From Trypethelium eluteriae (lineage: Eukaryota): DNA of 54,854 nt. The notes beneath the pieces are model-generated. The model did no database searches and was not told the origin of the DNA. It worked only from the letters and a program-made list of their open reading frames with translations. The translations under genes and the position numbers were made by a program. The DNA is taken from assembly GCA_051942245.1 (NCBI GenBank), contig JAVECL010000095.1:1-54854 (forward strand). The letters are read 5' to 3'. Positions 1 to 12,734 of this stretch are shown here, piece by piece. Position 1 is the first letter of the stretch, and the number at the start of each line of letters is the position of its first letter.

Positions 1-981
1 CCCGGTCCCCTCTCCATCCTCCACCTCCCAGAATCCCGAGCCTGGGACGGCAACGGCTCGATCTGGGTCGCCGGCCGCTTCACCTCCCTCCTCAACTACG
101 ACCGGCGCTTCTTTCCCCGGTTACGCGGGACGCTACACTCCGGCGCGCGACTATCCTCGCTCGCTTTGCTCCCCTTCCCCTACCTCCCCCGCGAAACCTC
201 AGTGATGCGCAGCACCACCTCCGGGCTCTCCATCGCCGACGTGCACGCCGCGAAGTCGATCCCAGGCCACACGCTGCTGGCAGCGGGCGAGTACAAGGGC
301 AAGGGCTCCCTCGAGCTGTACGGGCTCAGCCCAGAACCGCGTCTCACGACGCTGAGCTCGGATGCGCTGGCGACGCCGCGGACGGCACGGGCGCTCGATG
401 GCGTCGGGAGGAGGCAGACGAGCTATCAGAATCGGCAGACGGCGAGCGTGAGTAAGCTGCTGGCAGTGGCGACGCATGGCGCGCGCGTCGTGTTTGCGGA
501 TGGCGATGGTGGGGTGAAGTGGGTGGAGCGGGATGGATGTAGCTTGGTGAGGACGTGGAATGTCAATGATGCGAAAATGCCTGGTTTGGTGCGGGGGAGG
601 TCGCCCGGTGGAGAGGCGTCTGATGTTGATTCTGGGTATGCGTCGGAGCGGGAGCGGTCGAGGGGTCGTGATGAGGTGGCGGCGGGAGAAGGGGCGGAGG
701 AGCCGAATGATATTGTGCAGAAGTTAGTGCCGACGACGTCACCGGGGGTGAATAATTCAAATTTGTTGGTGTGGACGGGTGATGGAAGACTCGGGCTGCT
801 GGGATTCGGGAAGCGAGCGCTGTTCTCGGAGGATGAGTGGCAGGAGGGAGAGGATTTGAGTGAGGAGGCGAGGAGAGAGGAAGAGAAGGCGAGGGAGTAT
901 GCTGGACGTATGAGAAGGGCTTTGGAGAGACAGGCGGATGAGGTGAGGTTCGTAAGGGGGATGGGATTGCCTGGATGGTAA
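1..981 (+). CDS. 3' part of a conserved Pezizomycotina F-box-domain-family protein (C-terminal region; 5' end lies outside the window)
   Basis: Frame is open from base 1 (PGPLSILHLP...IWVAGRFTSLLNYDRRFFPRLRGTLHSGARL...AAGEYKGKGSLELYGL...NRQTASVSKLLAVATHGARVVFADGDG) to TAA 981. These motifs recall the C-terminal part of fungal F-box proteins; the F-box itself is not in the window. Confidence 0.7.
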   Translation, partial: PGPLSILHLPESRAWDGNGSIWVAGRFTSLLNYDRRFFPRLRGTLHSGARLSSLALLPFPYLPRETSVMRSTTSGLSIADVHAAKSIPGHTLLAAGEYKGKGSLELYGLSPEPRLTTLSSDALATPRTARALDGVGRRQTSYQNRQTASVSKLLAVATHGARVVFADGDGGVKWVERDGCSLVRTWNVNDAKMPGLVRGRSPGGEASDVDSGYASERERSRGRDEVAAGEGAEEPNDIVQKLVPTTSPGVNNSNLLVWTGDGRLGLLGFGKRALFSEDEWQEGEDLSEEARREEEKAREYAGRMRRALERQADEVRFVRGMGLPGW

Positions 982-1843
982 TGGTGATGAAAAACGAGGC
1001 ACGACATGACGAGAAGCAAAGTACCATGTTTTGCTTGAATTATCACGAACCATGAACTCAGTTTGAATAGAAAAATCAGTATAGATCGTGAGAAGCTATT
1101 GACATCAGTTAGATAAAACCTTTGACAGAGCTCGATGACAACATCTTCAATCCATTTCTATCGGTAAAATCACAGTTTGACATGAGCCCGCTTCATCTTC
1201 TATCCCAACACGACGCCGCCCTGGCTATCAGCACATGATGCACAGTAAAAGCAAATCGCGAGATGGCCATCGCTACGACCTTTAAACGGCATAAAGAGAT
1301 CCCTCGGTCCCGGAAACGCCCCAGTAGTATTTTGGGTCCCAGTTCCAGCAATTTCGAGATAACATGTTGTAAGCAATAGCTAATCAACTGAATGCATGAT
1401 AGAGCTTCCCCGGTATCCACGAGCATATGAAAGAGGCCGTTGGGATCGAACCATGACGATCCTTACATAACATGACAAACGAAATATGATTAAGAAATGA
1501 CCCAGTCTAACAGCAAAGAAAAGTCGTGAATCAGCGAGGAGCTCGAGCCAACACTTTTTGTTGAACAAGTACGCCTTTTGTATGGCCACTGACAAAGGAC
1601 CAGTGAAGGGTATAGAAGGGGATTTTGGAGGAAAAAGACACATCCGAGTTGTGGCCGAGATCCGCGGTTCGGATAAACGAGGAGATGGTCGGGCCGAAGT
1701 CTCACGTAGGCCGGAAAATGCCGGCGCGGAGTTCGCCTAATCAATCCACCAACTCGAAAAAGGAATCTGACGTTGGAAATCGCTCGTTAGAAGACCGCTG
1801 GAAGGAACGGCAGATGGTGGAGATGACTCGGAGTGACTTTCTG

Positions 1844-3803
1844 TCAAAACACTCCACTGTCATTCATGCCCGCCATTGACTCATTCATCCCCAGCAGGCC
1901 TGCTCCAGCCACATTGATTCCCATGCCGCCAATGCCGGGGCTGGATGTCGCTCCTGCTCCTGATATTGAAGCGTTCAGCTTGAGATCGGGGTTGCATGGA
2001 GGGCTATGTTGACGGTGGTATTTGAGGCCGTTTAGGTTCTTGTAGCGCTTGTGACACACTTCACACTTGTATGGTTTCTCCTTCTCCATACCTAGGGTTC
2101 CGGGATAAGGCATAGATGTTGTAGGGTCCACAATGGAGAAGGTGCCATCCTCATTCTGTTTGAGTTGTTGGTTCTGATGTCCGTGCTGGAGCAAGAGTTA
2201 GTCAATCTTACTAATTTGGACTTTTCAAATCTTGTTTACGTCAGAGACTGAAAGGTGAAAGCATACCTGTTTGTGATACTTGAGACCGTTCTGATTTTTG
2301 TACGCCTTTTCACAGCCTATTACTGGACATCTGAAGGGCTTGTGTTCTTCTCCTGGGAATCCCAGGCCGGCACCTGCTCCAGGTATTCCCGCTGCAAGCT
2401 GCTGTTCCCGCATTAATTTTGCGAGTTCCGTTGTGGTAGCCGCGTGGCCATTTATTTGTTGACCACCTTGGCCGCCAGTTCTGCTGTACAAGCGCTTCGC
2501 AGGCTGGTCAATAAATTGTTGTTCGGACCCGTCCAAGCCAGCACCTACATTGTTGAGACTAAGCGAGTTAAAAGGATCTAGCCCCTGAGGAAATTGAGCG
2601 CTTGCCCCCATATTTCCATACAGGTTTCCGAAATCTTGATCCGGTAAATCTGGTGTACCAGGTAACGAAGAGTCGGGCGTGCCCCGATTTTGCTGCTGGA
2701 ATGTTGCCAGTGTTGGAGTGTTCACAGAAGATACAGTCGGATTGTTCTGCATTGAGAAGGCTTGGTTTGCTTGTGGCGTTGTGGGTGTTGAGGTCCTTAG
2801 GCCCTGGTGCTGGAATGCATTCGCTAGGTTCATATTAAGCGGAGCTAATGGAGGGTGATTTTGGCCAGATAGCTGCTGTTGCTGTTGCTGGAGGTTCTGT
2901 TGCTGCTGCATTTGTGATCCAGATGTGGTGTCATCCATTTCCATATCCAGCGGATCCACTTCGTCTATACCTGATCCCTGCATCCCTGTAGCTCCGTTTT
3001 GCTGGGTTCCGAATTGATTGCCGAAGTTTGGATTTAGATTGGGTTGCGTATTCGATGCGGGATTGAAACCGTATTGTGTATTCATAGCTTCGGGCTGGCT
3101 GCTTTGTTGCGGCGCTAGATTACCACCATTTTGTGGGACCCCATCCTGATTGCCTGGAGGTGCTCCACCTTGGGTCGAATGAGAAGTCCTTGGAAGCATT
3201 TGGCCCGCTGTTCCCGCATGGATTTGCTCATAATGCTGAAGGAGCTCATGGAGCGAGTCGAGTTGTAGCCCGCAGCAAACATAGTCCCTCATGAAATTGG
3301 CCTCCATCTTGGGTAAGTAAGAGGAAGAATGGAATGAAGGCGACTGGAAGTTGTACGGTGAAGTTCCTCCCATGTAAATGCTATTTAGATCTGGGATCAG
3401 CCCTTGTCCCGCATGGCGCAACTATGTCGCACGTTTTGGATAAACATGTCTGGGGGGAAGTATAAACTTACTCATCTCGAATCCAACTTCCTACGGAAAC
3501 ACCACCCCAGCTCCCGTTGACCAGGCTACCCGCAAAGCTCTCTTTTCGGGGCCTTTCGGCCATTGCGATTGGCTGCGCTCCACTACTGTACTGGGATAGT
3601 CCGTGTGGACCAGAATCCTCGCGTATGGCATGAGAACTCGGTGCTCTGTTGCTCCCATCTGTAATGCTGATAGCCGAAGAGGGCCGTGGCATCGCAGATG
3701 CTCCCTGTAGCGCAGAAGTAAGGTTGGAGGTCTGGTTTCGAGGCGATGACGAGCCAAACCTCGCCGGTGGGGTTATGTCTATTGGGGGCGTGGAGACGGC
3801 CAT
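1844..3803 (-). CDS. SFP1: Sfp1-like split C2H2 zinc-finger transcription factor
   Basis: Exons 3803-3472, 3380-2267, 2185-1844; GT-AG introns 3471-3381 and 2266-2186 (CTAAC branch). Spliced product reads WGGVSVGSWIRDDIYMGGTSP...YLPKMEANFMRDYVCCG, KPFRCPVIGCEKAYKNQNGLKYHKQHGH and KPYKCEVCHKRYKNLNGLKYH. First in-frame ATG is 3803, but the frame is open up to about 4145 (see findings). Confidence 0.93.
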
Positions 3804-6800
3804 TGCTCTCTGAGCAGTGAAGTCCTGGGGAGAAGATGGAGGGAAGAGCGGAAATCCGCCGTTGTCGTAGTCGTGAAACAGCAAGTCTTCGTTCTCAACG
3901 GGCAAGTCGAATTGGCTGGCACCAATGTTGCTTGGAAGTTTCCGAACCCACGAGAAGTACAGGTCCTTCTCCCTCTCAGTGCGCCGCGAGGGCAAAGGCG
4001 AAGTCGGTGTGAGCGGACTGTTGACGGGTGTACTACCAGCAGAGCCTCTCCATCGATCAGTGGGGAATGGCGAGTAGGAAAGAGATGGCACGGCACTTGG
4101 TGAATCCAGCTTTGCGAATTCCGGATGTGTGGGTGAGGAAGTCAGTTAGGCGGGGGAGAGAATCGTCCTTAGAATAGGAATTGAGTCGGGAATATTAAAA
4201 TAGAATGGTGAGGGATACGCAGATAAGTGTTGACAAAGCAGGCAGAGAAAGAGTAGGAAGTGTAGGAGGCACGGCGGAAGTGTAGCAACGCTCGTTGATG
4301 TAAGGCGGTGTGAGTGACGATGGAAATGGATGCGATCATGGCGACGGCCGGCAATACCTAATGCAGATGCAGGCCAGGCTATCCCAGCCCTCATCCTTCG
4401 TTTCCATCCAATCGGAGCCGGGTTTAACGGATCCTGGCGTTTCCCTCGGTACTCACTGCGGTCCACCAAAGACGTTGTTGAGCCAATCCACCGCTGACTC
4501 GACTCACATACCCACGACAACGAGCAGTCTCGTGCTCCAATCCATCCCCGTATCTCAAGCTCACGCTTGTCAGCGGTACGGCAGCCAGCTAGGTACTGCC
4601 TCAGCAACAGCGACTGCAACAGCCTTCGCAGCAGCCTGGGCGTGCCTCGGACGCGTAGAAGCGGCACAGGCTCAGGCTCAGGCTCGGCGGCCGTTGGGGT
4701 TGGCAGCCTCTGGTGCTATGGCTGCACGACAGCCGCGCCTCCTCCGCCAAGGGTAACCCGACCCATATAGGGCTGTCCCCGCCACGCGCTTTCTAGAAGA
4801 CAGGAAAACCTTCCACGCAGATGGCGTCCGCATGGCAGTCGGCACCACAGCCTGACTCGCCCGTCTCCTGCATCCCGAGCGGTCCCTGTCCCTGGACGTG
4901 GAATGCCGTCAATTGCTTCAACAACCAAGGCACTGTGCATATGGCTCACAGGAGCAGGAAATCCGATCGGTCTGCTCGGTCTGCCCTTGTCCATGGTCGC
5001 TATGCTACCAACTGCCCCAAACACCGCGTAGTGGCAGCCACTTCGTCCGTAAGGTACCTCTCTCTTGGCTTGATTTGACTGGACCATCTCCTTTACTTTC
5101 TCCGACTGTCGGCACATGTGCGTAATGAGATGGCAAATCTCCATTGTCACTTTACGCAAGCGAGCAGGCTTGGCTAGCCCTGTGAGGCCTGGCAGTGGCA
5201 CGATTTCCCTGGCTACAGCACCCCCGAAGCGGCGCATACACGGCCAGATCCACGAAAAAGGACCGGCGGTTTGGGCTGCAGAAGACTGCAGACGCCACAC
5301 CACGATCTTGGAACCCTGCGCCTCATGAAATCTCCATTGTCAGAAATGAGAGGACGTTTGTCGACTTGAAAGCCTTGGATGCGCCTGCTCCTGGGACTGT
5401 CTCCTTGCTGATGCTCATTGAGTTTGGATGGTCATACATTCTACAGACTCAATGGTAAGGCTCCGCGGAGTCGGCCCCACGAGCGTTACTCCATACTGTA
5501 GGAGCCGCTTCCGCGAGCTTGTCCCTTTTAGGCTCTAGTTTTGGATTACGGCGCTGACCTGCGTATCCACCCCTCCACGACTCCCTCGCACCCAGCAGTA
5601 CCGCAACGACGCGCTGTGGCGGCTCCCACTTGCAAATAAGGTTCTGGCCATGCAATCGCCTCGGGACTGATCTCCTGGCACGCGGGAGCCGCTCCTCGCC
5701 TCGAGACTTGCGCCCCTCTGTCCAGCTGGTTGCGTCCTGCACGTTATTGTTAGGTGCCCATACTAAGGCAATGGGAGCTGAGGTCGGTGAGGAAGCCTGC
5801 TTCATGCAGGTCCGTCTCCCTATTCGGCTTTCCAGAAGGGCATACCGTAGGACGATCAATGTTGTGCACGCCGGAGATGCACGTCTGCCTGACAACCAGC
5901 CAGGTTTCAAGGAACGAACGTCATCATCGATCTCAGCTTCAATCCCAAGCCGGGCATACGTCCGATAAACCTGTCTCAAGATGTCCTGAATGGAAAAGAG
6001 TACGTTATCTGGCGCTCTATAGATGACATATTTAGACGTGCTCCGTCGACTTCAAATGTATCCTCGGACCAAAGTCCACTCTAGCACCCACACCAACTCT
6101 AGAGGCTGAACGTCTGTGTTATCAGCCTCCTGCTGCACGTTTCCCAAGTCTCATATTGCCACTGTGCTGAGATGGCATGGGTCTGGGCCCATTTCCCCCA
6201 AGCGTCAATCAAGGCAAATATTTTATGTGAGCGGTCAACCTAGTACGGTCATGTCATGTGTTGACTCTGCAGACGATACGTTACAGTATTTAATGATTCG
6301 CTTCCCCTGACAATCAACTACCCACGACCTTGCTAAATCATGCCTCCAAGCTTAGAGGAGTGCCACTTCACTCGCGATCTTGGACAGCACTACCGGCTAC
6401 ATTCGATATGCCGTCTATGGCTGGTCAATAGTAGGGCTGAAAAGATGCATCGTCTATCAGGGCTGGGCTAAGAATCAAACGTCATGTCTGCCCCTGACGC
6501 ACAGCAATGCTAGAAAAGCTTGTTATAGATCGGGAAGAGAAACCTAAAAGACAACCTGGTGGGGAAGTAACAGTTTGGCCAATAATTCGACGTTCTCTGA
6601 ATGCAAAATGGGCATCTTGCATGGTACACTCGTGGTTTGGTAAAGCTTAGATGCCACGGGCAGATGCAACTGTATCACAAATCCAAATTTGACCTGGTAA
6701 CGTGGGATGACCTGCAGATGATGAAACAAACAAGACACATGCGAGAGTTGAGTAGTTGAACGGAAAGTGAGTCGAGATATGCTTTCCACTAGTCTCTCGG

Positions 6801-7756
6801 AATTTTCAGAGGCTTCACAAGGCTCTCAGACAGATTGACTCTGAGCATACCAGTTGCAAAATGCATGCTCCAACATCAAGGTGCATAGTCCGTGGGGCCA
6901 GTCTTCCTTTGTCTCGGAAAGTGCCAAGGTGGGAACAACCAATTGCGAATACAACTAGAATCGAAATAGGAGAAAAAGAAAACACAGGAGAATAGAAATA
7001 AGAGAGATCGTTTTCTGTCATCTCCTACAAATCTTTAGTTTCAAGCCACGTCCTAATCAGTCATAGGCTCTTCTCCAGTCTGCCCTATCCACATTGGGTC
7101 GTGAAGCGGAACATCCCTTCAGTCACCCCCACGCCCAAAGCTTCCAACACGAGAAGGCGGTGATAACGTAGGGATATTGGTGTAGATCTTCACGTGGAGC
7201 TTGAGGTTTCACACCGTTGCATTCTGGCATGCCACCTGCCTAAACTTTGATGTATATGCAAGACCAGTGTAAGATCCTCATGAGATCAGCAGGGTACAGG
7301 CTTGCGGTGCCCGATAGTGACGCAGTAGGGGATGGTGTACCTCAAAAAGCGACAGTGAAGGAAACGCCGGTTTCCCTTCACGGGCCGAACCAAGCAAAGA
7401 GGAGGGGGGAACACTGCTGGTCTAGAACTGACGGAGCTGCGCTAACAACGTCAGCCACACTAAAGCGTCGACACAATAAGCAAAGACACGGGAGGCTCCG
7501 ACGTTTAAGCGATTGAAAGAGTAACCTTATCTACATGGATACAAACTCCAAGAATGAGCTGTCCTTGAACGCCATCGGTTGGTCCCACGTGCTTACCCTA
7601 ATGGTAGAGAAGTTACCATTCTCAATCCTTCTATGCTAGCAAGAAACAAAAGACGTCGTGTAACTGTGCAAAGTTTGCACGGCACTTAGGATTCCAATTT
7701 CCCCACGACACCCCTCGCCTCTTGCCAACACCACCTCCTCGGAGATACACACGCGC

Positions 7757-10700
7757 TCACGCACCACCTGTCCGTCTCTGACTGAACGCACCAGGCCTGT
7801 ACTTCCCCCCAACTGCCCCCTGACTCGGCGGCGGTGCTGCCGGACTCTCCTCCCTCGCCCTATCTCCATCTTCACCCCTCTTCGCCTGAGGCGGCCTGTA
7901 CCCTCCAGCTCCACCACCACCAGCCCTTCCCCCAGGAGCCTGATACCTGCCTGACGACGTTGGCGGTCCACCCGCCGGACTATCATCTCTCGGTGCCGCA
8001 GCACCACCACGCTGCCACCGGCCAGCGCCGACAGCCGGACTCTCATCCCTCGAGCTATCTCTCTCCCTCGCACCATCACGCTCCAGCTCCCGCGATCGAC
8101 CACCACCACCACCACCACCCTCACGGTTCCGCAAATGAGGCGGCACGTAGCCAGTGCGCTTAGGCAAGTCGGCCTCCACGGTCGGAACCTCGGAGGGCGG
8201 AGCAGCAGGCGGGACAGCACCGCTGCCTGAAGCCGGAGCAGCAGCAGCAGCAGCAGCAGCGGGAGGGCCGTCGCTGCGCGCCTTGGCGGCTTCGCGGTCG
8301 CGCCAGCTGGGCTTGTTGCCGGCGAGGCTGAGACGCGGAGGGCCGCCGGCGCTGGGAGCAGCGGCTTCGACGGGCTCGGGCCCAGCGACGGTGGGACGTT
8401 CGAGGATGGGGCGGGTTGCGGGCGCGTCCTTGGCTTTTCGGCGGCGCTCTTCGGCTTCGAGTTCGCGCTGGCGTTGCTTGGCGGCGATTTCGTCGAGACG
8501 TCTGGAAATAGGGAAAATTGGGTTGGCTACTGAGAGAGAATGTATGGGGGGAGGAGGATGGGAAAGGGGTGGACATACTTGCGCTCTTCTTCCCGCTTGG
8601 CTCGCTCTTCGGCCTGTTTTTTCCGCTTCTCCTCTTCGACTCGGGCCTGCTCCTCTTCCTCCCTGACTCTCCTTTCCTCTGCCTCCCGCTCGGCTCTCTC
8701 CTTCTCTTCGCGTTCCTTCCTCTCTCTTGCTTTACGGTCCCGGACTTCTCGCCTCCTGGCTTCCATCTTCTGCTCCAATTCTTTCTGTGCCTGTCGTCGT
8801 CTCCTCTCGAATTCGGCAGCACGTTGTGCCGTGATCTGCCGTTTGAAGGTTTCGTAGGTTGGCACTAGACGCTGCACCCGATTCCGCAGGGCGACGTCTT
8901 CCTTATGCTTTCGTTCCGCTTCCCTGAGATCTTCCTTGGTCTTCTTTTCGTGGATCTGGAAATCACTCTCTCGTTGTTTAGCATAATCGTCAGCAAGATG
9001 CTTCCGCTCCTCCTGTCTAAAGGCACGTTCCAAATGATCGATCCTGCGTCCCGTAGTCTCGAGCTTCTTCTCCAGTTCATTCTTTTCTTTCTCCAAAGCG
9101 CGGATTTTGAGTGCACGGATGCGACCGGTATCCAGATCAGTGAGGTCAAGCTCATCAAGATTGACGCCTTTTACGCCTTGCTTCAGCTCATTAAGCTGTT
9201 TTTGCATTTCTTCTCGCTGCACACGCTCTCGTTCGGCCGCTCGTCGGCGCTCATCACGTTCACGTTGTTCTGCAGCTAGACGTTCTGTTTCTTCTAGCTG
9301 GAGTTGCTGTTGGCGGAGACGCCGACGTGTTGCTTCGTCTTTTTCCTTTTGGGCGAGTGCAGAAGACGCAGCCTCCTTCTTCTTTTGGATGATTTCGCGG
9401 CGAGCGAGAGTAGCCTGGTGTTCCTCTTCGGCACCGTCGCGTGCCCTGAGGAGGGCGGCTTCCTTGGCTTTTCGACGGTCTTCGTTGAATGTAGGATCCA
9501 CATATTGGCATGTAACATAGAGAGACTTAGCAAGACGAGTAAGCTGTGAGCGAACAATTTCAGCTGGCGTGCTTTGGAGACGCTGCACAGGGCTAGTCTC
9601 ATTTTCGGCCGAGCCAGCGCCAGAACCAGGATGCAGGGCCTTCGCAGACGAAAAGATATCGGAATCGAAGGTCAAAACCCCGGAAGCGTGATCGATACGA
9701 ATGGCGAGATCGCCTTTCTTGCAACCATTCATGATAAATTTCTCGATTGTACTTGCGCTGACTTGAAAAGGTTCGGGGAATTGGGCGAGTTCGAGCACGA
9801 ACTTGAGTTCCACGGATTCATATACTTGAGATAACTGTTGGAAGAGCCTCGTAAGGATGACTTGCTGTAACGGTAGAATGTACTTCTCCATTTCAGGGTC
9901 AGCACCAATTTGGCTGAGGATAGGTGATATTCTCCGGCAAATGGACAGAGGGTGGAAGTCGACTTCCAAAATGTTGTAAAGTTCACGGATTTCTGGTCTT
10001 GCCTTCCTCAAGAGACCTTTGCTCAGAGCATCCTTGAATAGGGAAGCACGAGTCGGAGCTTGAGGCATGCCCAAAAGGTTCGTTAGCCTGCTGTTCTTAT
10101 TCCTCCGAGCTTCGTCCACTTCCTGAAGAGCACCCCTGGAACGCGACGTGCTGATGACGGGAATGGCGAGAACAGAAAGCAGGACGAAAGACGCGGCTTT
10201 AGTCATGTCAGCTTCGCTGACTGAAGGGTTGTCCTTTTTTGTGCTTGCTCCAGAGGCAACTGCGGCAGCAGATTGACGCAGGAGGTTGAAGTATCGGCTC
10301 CATGCTGCAGCATGGAAGAGGTAGTTTTCGCTGACGAGGAAAATACGGGTGAGCTTCTCGAAGTAATTGGCCATCATGATGTTCTTAGCAGGTCGTTTGC
10401 TTAAGTTCAACAAGGTGTGAATGTCCTCGACACTCCGGAAAGCCTCTTGCCAAAGCTCCAGTTCAACAGCAACGTTGAGTTGCTGAAAACGGGTGCCGAG
10501 GTGGCGCTGGAGAGTATCAGGATCACTGAGATTAATCGCGTGCATTTGCGCTGAGTATTTTGCAGCATTTTGCAGATGGTTCCGCAAAAGCTCACAAAGA
10601 CGCCTGAACTCCGTCTTGCGTGCATATTTCTGGCAGAATTGGAAGGCCTGATGGGCAGTCGTCTGATACATAACCTCGAGCCTAGCATTGTTCTTCAAAA

Positions 10701-11362
10701 TGTCCAAGACGGTGCGGTATGTCTCCCAGAGGAATTTTAGCCACGGTGTTACAATGGCCCGGTCAGTGCGGTCTCGTGATTGTTCGCCAGATACAGTAGA
10801 CAGAAGGATAGATTCTGGTGTCTCCGAAGCTTCAAGATCGTCCACATTGGCAGTGGCGTTGGTTGATTCGAGAGTGGATTGGACTTCATCGGCTTTGGTT
10901 TGAGCTTCGGTCACTTTGGCTTCGGCGAGCTCGATAAATTTCTTGAGGACCAACTGTATTGTACTTAGATCTCGACCAGAGAGAAGTCAATGAAGATAGG
11001 ATCTGAGCCACATACCTCTATAGTTCCCACATTAGTGTTTTGTGCCGTATTCTTGTATTGGTAGAGGCCATCTTTGGCAGATTTTCCCTTTCTCAAATCG
11101 ACGCAGAGTTCGACAAAGAGGAGCATAACCGGCTCCAGGGAGGCGATGGGACTACTACGGGTGCGCTTTGAGGTGACATGTTCGTGGAGGAGAGACAGCG
11201 CAGCTTGCGACTGTCCAACGCCAATGAGTTCTTGCGCTCGCTATTTGAAGTCGAGGTTAGTATGGGGAGTGAAGATTGATGAGCCAGCTGGTTTGGAGAG
11301 CAACAAAAGGGTATACTTGCCTTGGCGACATTCTCCGGTTTGGCATGGGGTGGTGGAGGCAT
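7757..11362 (-). CDS. TIF32: Eukaryotic translation initiation factor 3 subunit A
   Basis: Exons 11362-11321, 11240-11016, 10953-8579, 8501-7757. Reads [50 protein letters not shown] (PCI region), a charged coiled coil and an R/D/G-rich tail ([15 protein letters not shown]). Intron 1 is GC-AG. Confidence 0.97.
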
Positions 11363-12320
11363 GATGGGCGAGTGCTCCACGTCTTTGGCACCCCCTTGCC
11401 CTTACGATGGTCTCGCTGATGATGACCAGTGTTCGGACAAGGTAAGTCAATGGAGAATGATGATAAGGTGGTTGACTTGATTAGGTGAAGAAGCTGAGCA
11501 AGAGAGGGAGTCAGTGGCAGCGGCCGAATTTGACGTCGGTGATCGTCGGTTGTGCGCGCATGGCGGCATAGCACAAAGACAGCATAACCGAGCGCACAAA
11601 GTCGGCAACTCAGTGCACGATTCACGATGTACCTCTCATACCTACCTCCTAAAGTTACTAGGGAGTTACAGAGACGCGAAACATCACCCACGCACGGCCA
11701 CGAGCACGGTCACGGGTGACGGTCGCGCAGAAGCGATTCACACACGGTCACTTCTGACGTGTTTAGAGAACGCAAACACGGACCAGGATACACTTTTTGG
11801 TCTGCACTTTCGGTTGATTTGCATTCGTGGTGGTGGAGTGCGGTGAGGAGCAGGCTGCTCGTTGGTCCGTCCCGCAAATCAAGCGTCCGTGCGCTCCTCC
11901 TCGCTCCAGTGGCTCCCTTCATCCCGCCAGCAAACCAGCGACGAACCCTGTGTCAACCTCCTGTCCGGAGACTCCGCCCAGAACACCTTCCCACCACGCA
12001 TACCGTCATCCACGCATACCTCCGGAGAAGTCGACGTCGACACGCCTTCGTCACAGTATCAGCCCCTGAAGAAGCGACTGGCGATTTCGACGCCTGCAAC
12101 AGCTGTGGTCGTCGGAGCTTAAGCGGGGATCTAGTCGGTGAGTCCTTGCTTTGCTCATTTTAATTCGAGAGGACCGCCCTCTCGTGTTGGACCACCTTCA
12201 AAGCTTCCGAATTAACATGCGCCGTGCTACCTAGGCACAATCTGCTCATTGCAGGCCACATAGGGACTCTTATCTCGACCAGACACGTAACAAACTTGAC
12301 CTCCACTCCATACCGCCAAG

Positions 12321-12734
12321 ATGATGTCCACACCGTACGAATTGCGAACCGGAGGCGATGGCAAGAGCAAAAAGCAGAGCATGGCAGAACTGAAGCTGCG
12401 TCGTCTGACTGAGTTGAACTCGAGATTGAGAGAAGATCTTGACCGTCGCCGAATACCCGTCTCAGAAGCTGCTATGGAGTAAGGCTATCCCCTCGTACTA
12501 CGAAGTGTCGGCAGCCCTCACAAATTCAACGACTAAACTCGTACAGCTTGATTGCATTTACAGACAAAGAGCCAAAAGACTTTATGGTCCCATCACGATG
12601 GGGAACAGTACGTCCAATACGATCATGCGCTCGTCAACCCCGTACAAAAGACTGACAATTTGAACTCACAGGTTCCTAAGAACGAGGACCCCTACGCGCC
12701 ACCCTCATCGAATGGATGCTGCAATATAATGTAA
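12321..12734 (+). CDS. gpgA: Heterotrimeric G-protein gamma subunit (GpgA/Ste18 family)
   Basis: Missed by the ORF track. Exons 12321-12478, 12547-12607, 12672-12734 give MMSTPYELRTGGDGKSKKQSMAELKLRRLTELNSRLREDLDRRRIPVSEAAMDLIAFTDKEPKDFMVPSRWGTVPKNEDPYAPPSSNGCCNIM, ending in a CC-aaX lipidation motif. Confidence 0.96.

Noticed and set aside
4146..6026. Several 100-195 aa ORFs upstream of SFP1
   Set aside because: GC-rich promoter/leader sequence with microsatellite-like repeats; no domain motifs and mutually overlapping frames.
7191..7591. Two CACGTG E-boxes (7191, 7586) as possible NUC-1/Pho4 sites
   Set aside because: They lie just past the eIF3a 3' end, over 3 kb from the SFP1 start; hexamers occur by chance and the motif also appears inside CDSs.
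7636..9834. Many overlapping and antisense ORFs over the eIF3a 3' half
   Set aside because: Shadow ORFs of low-complexity, codon-biased coding sequence.
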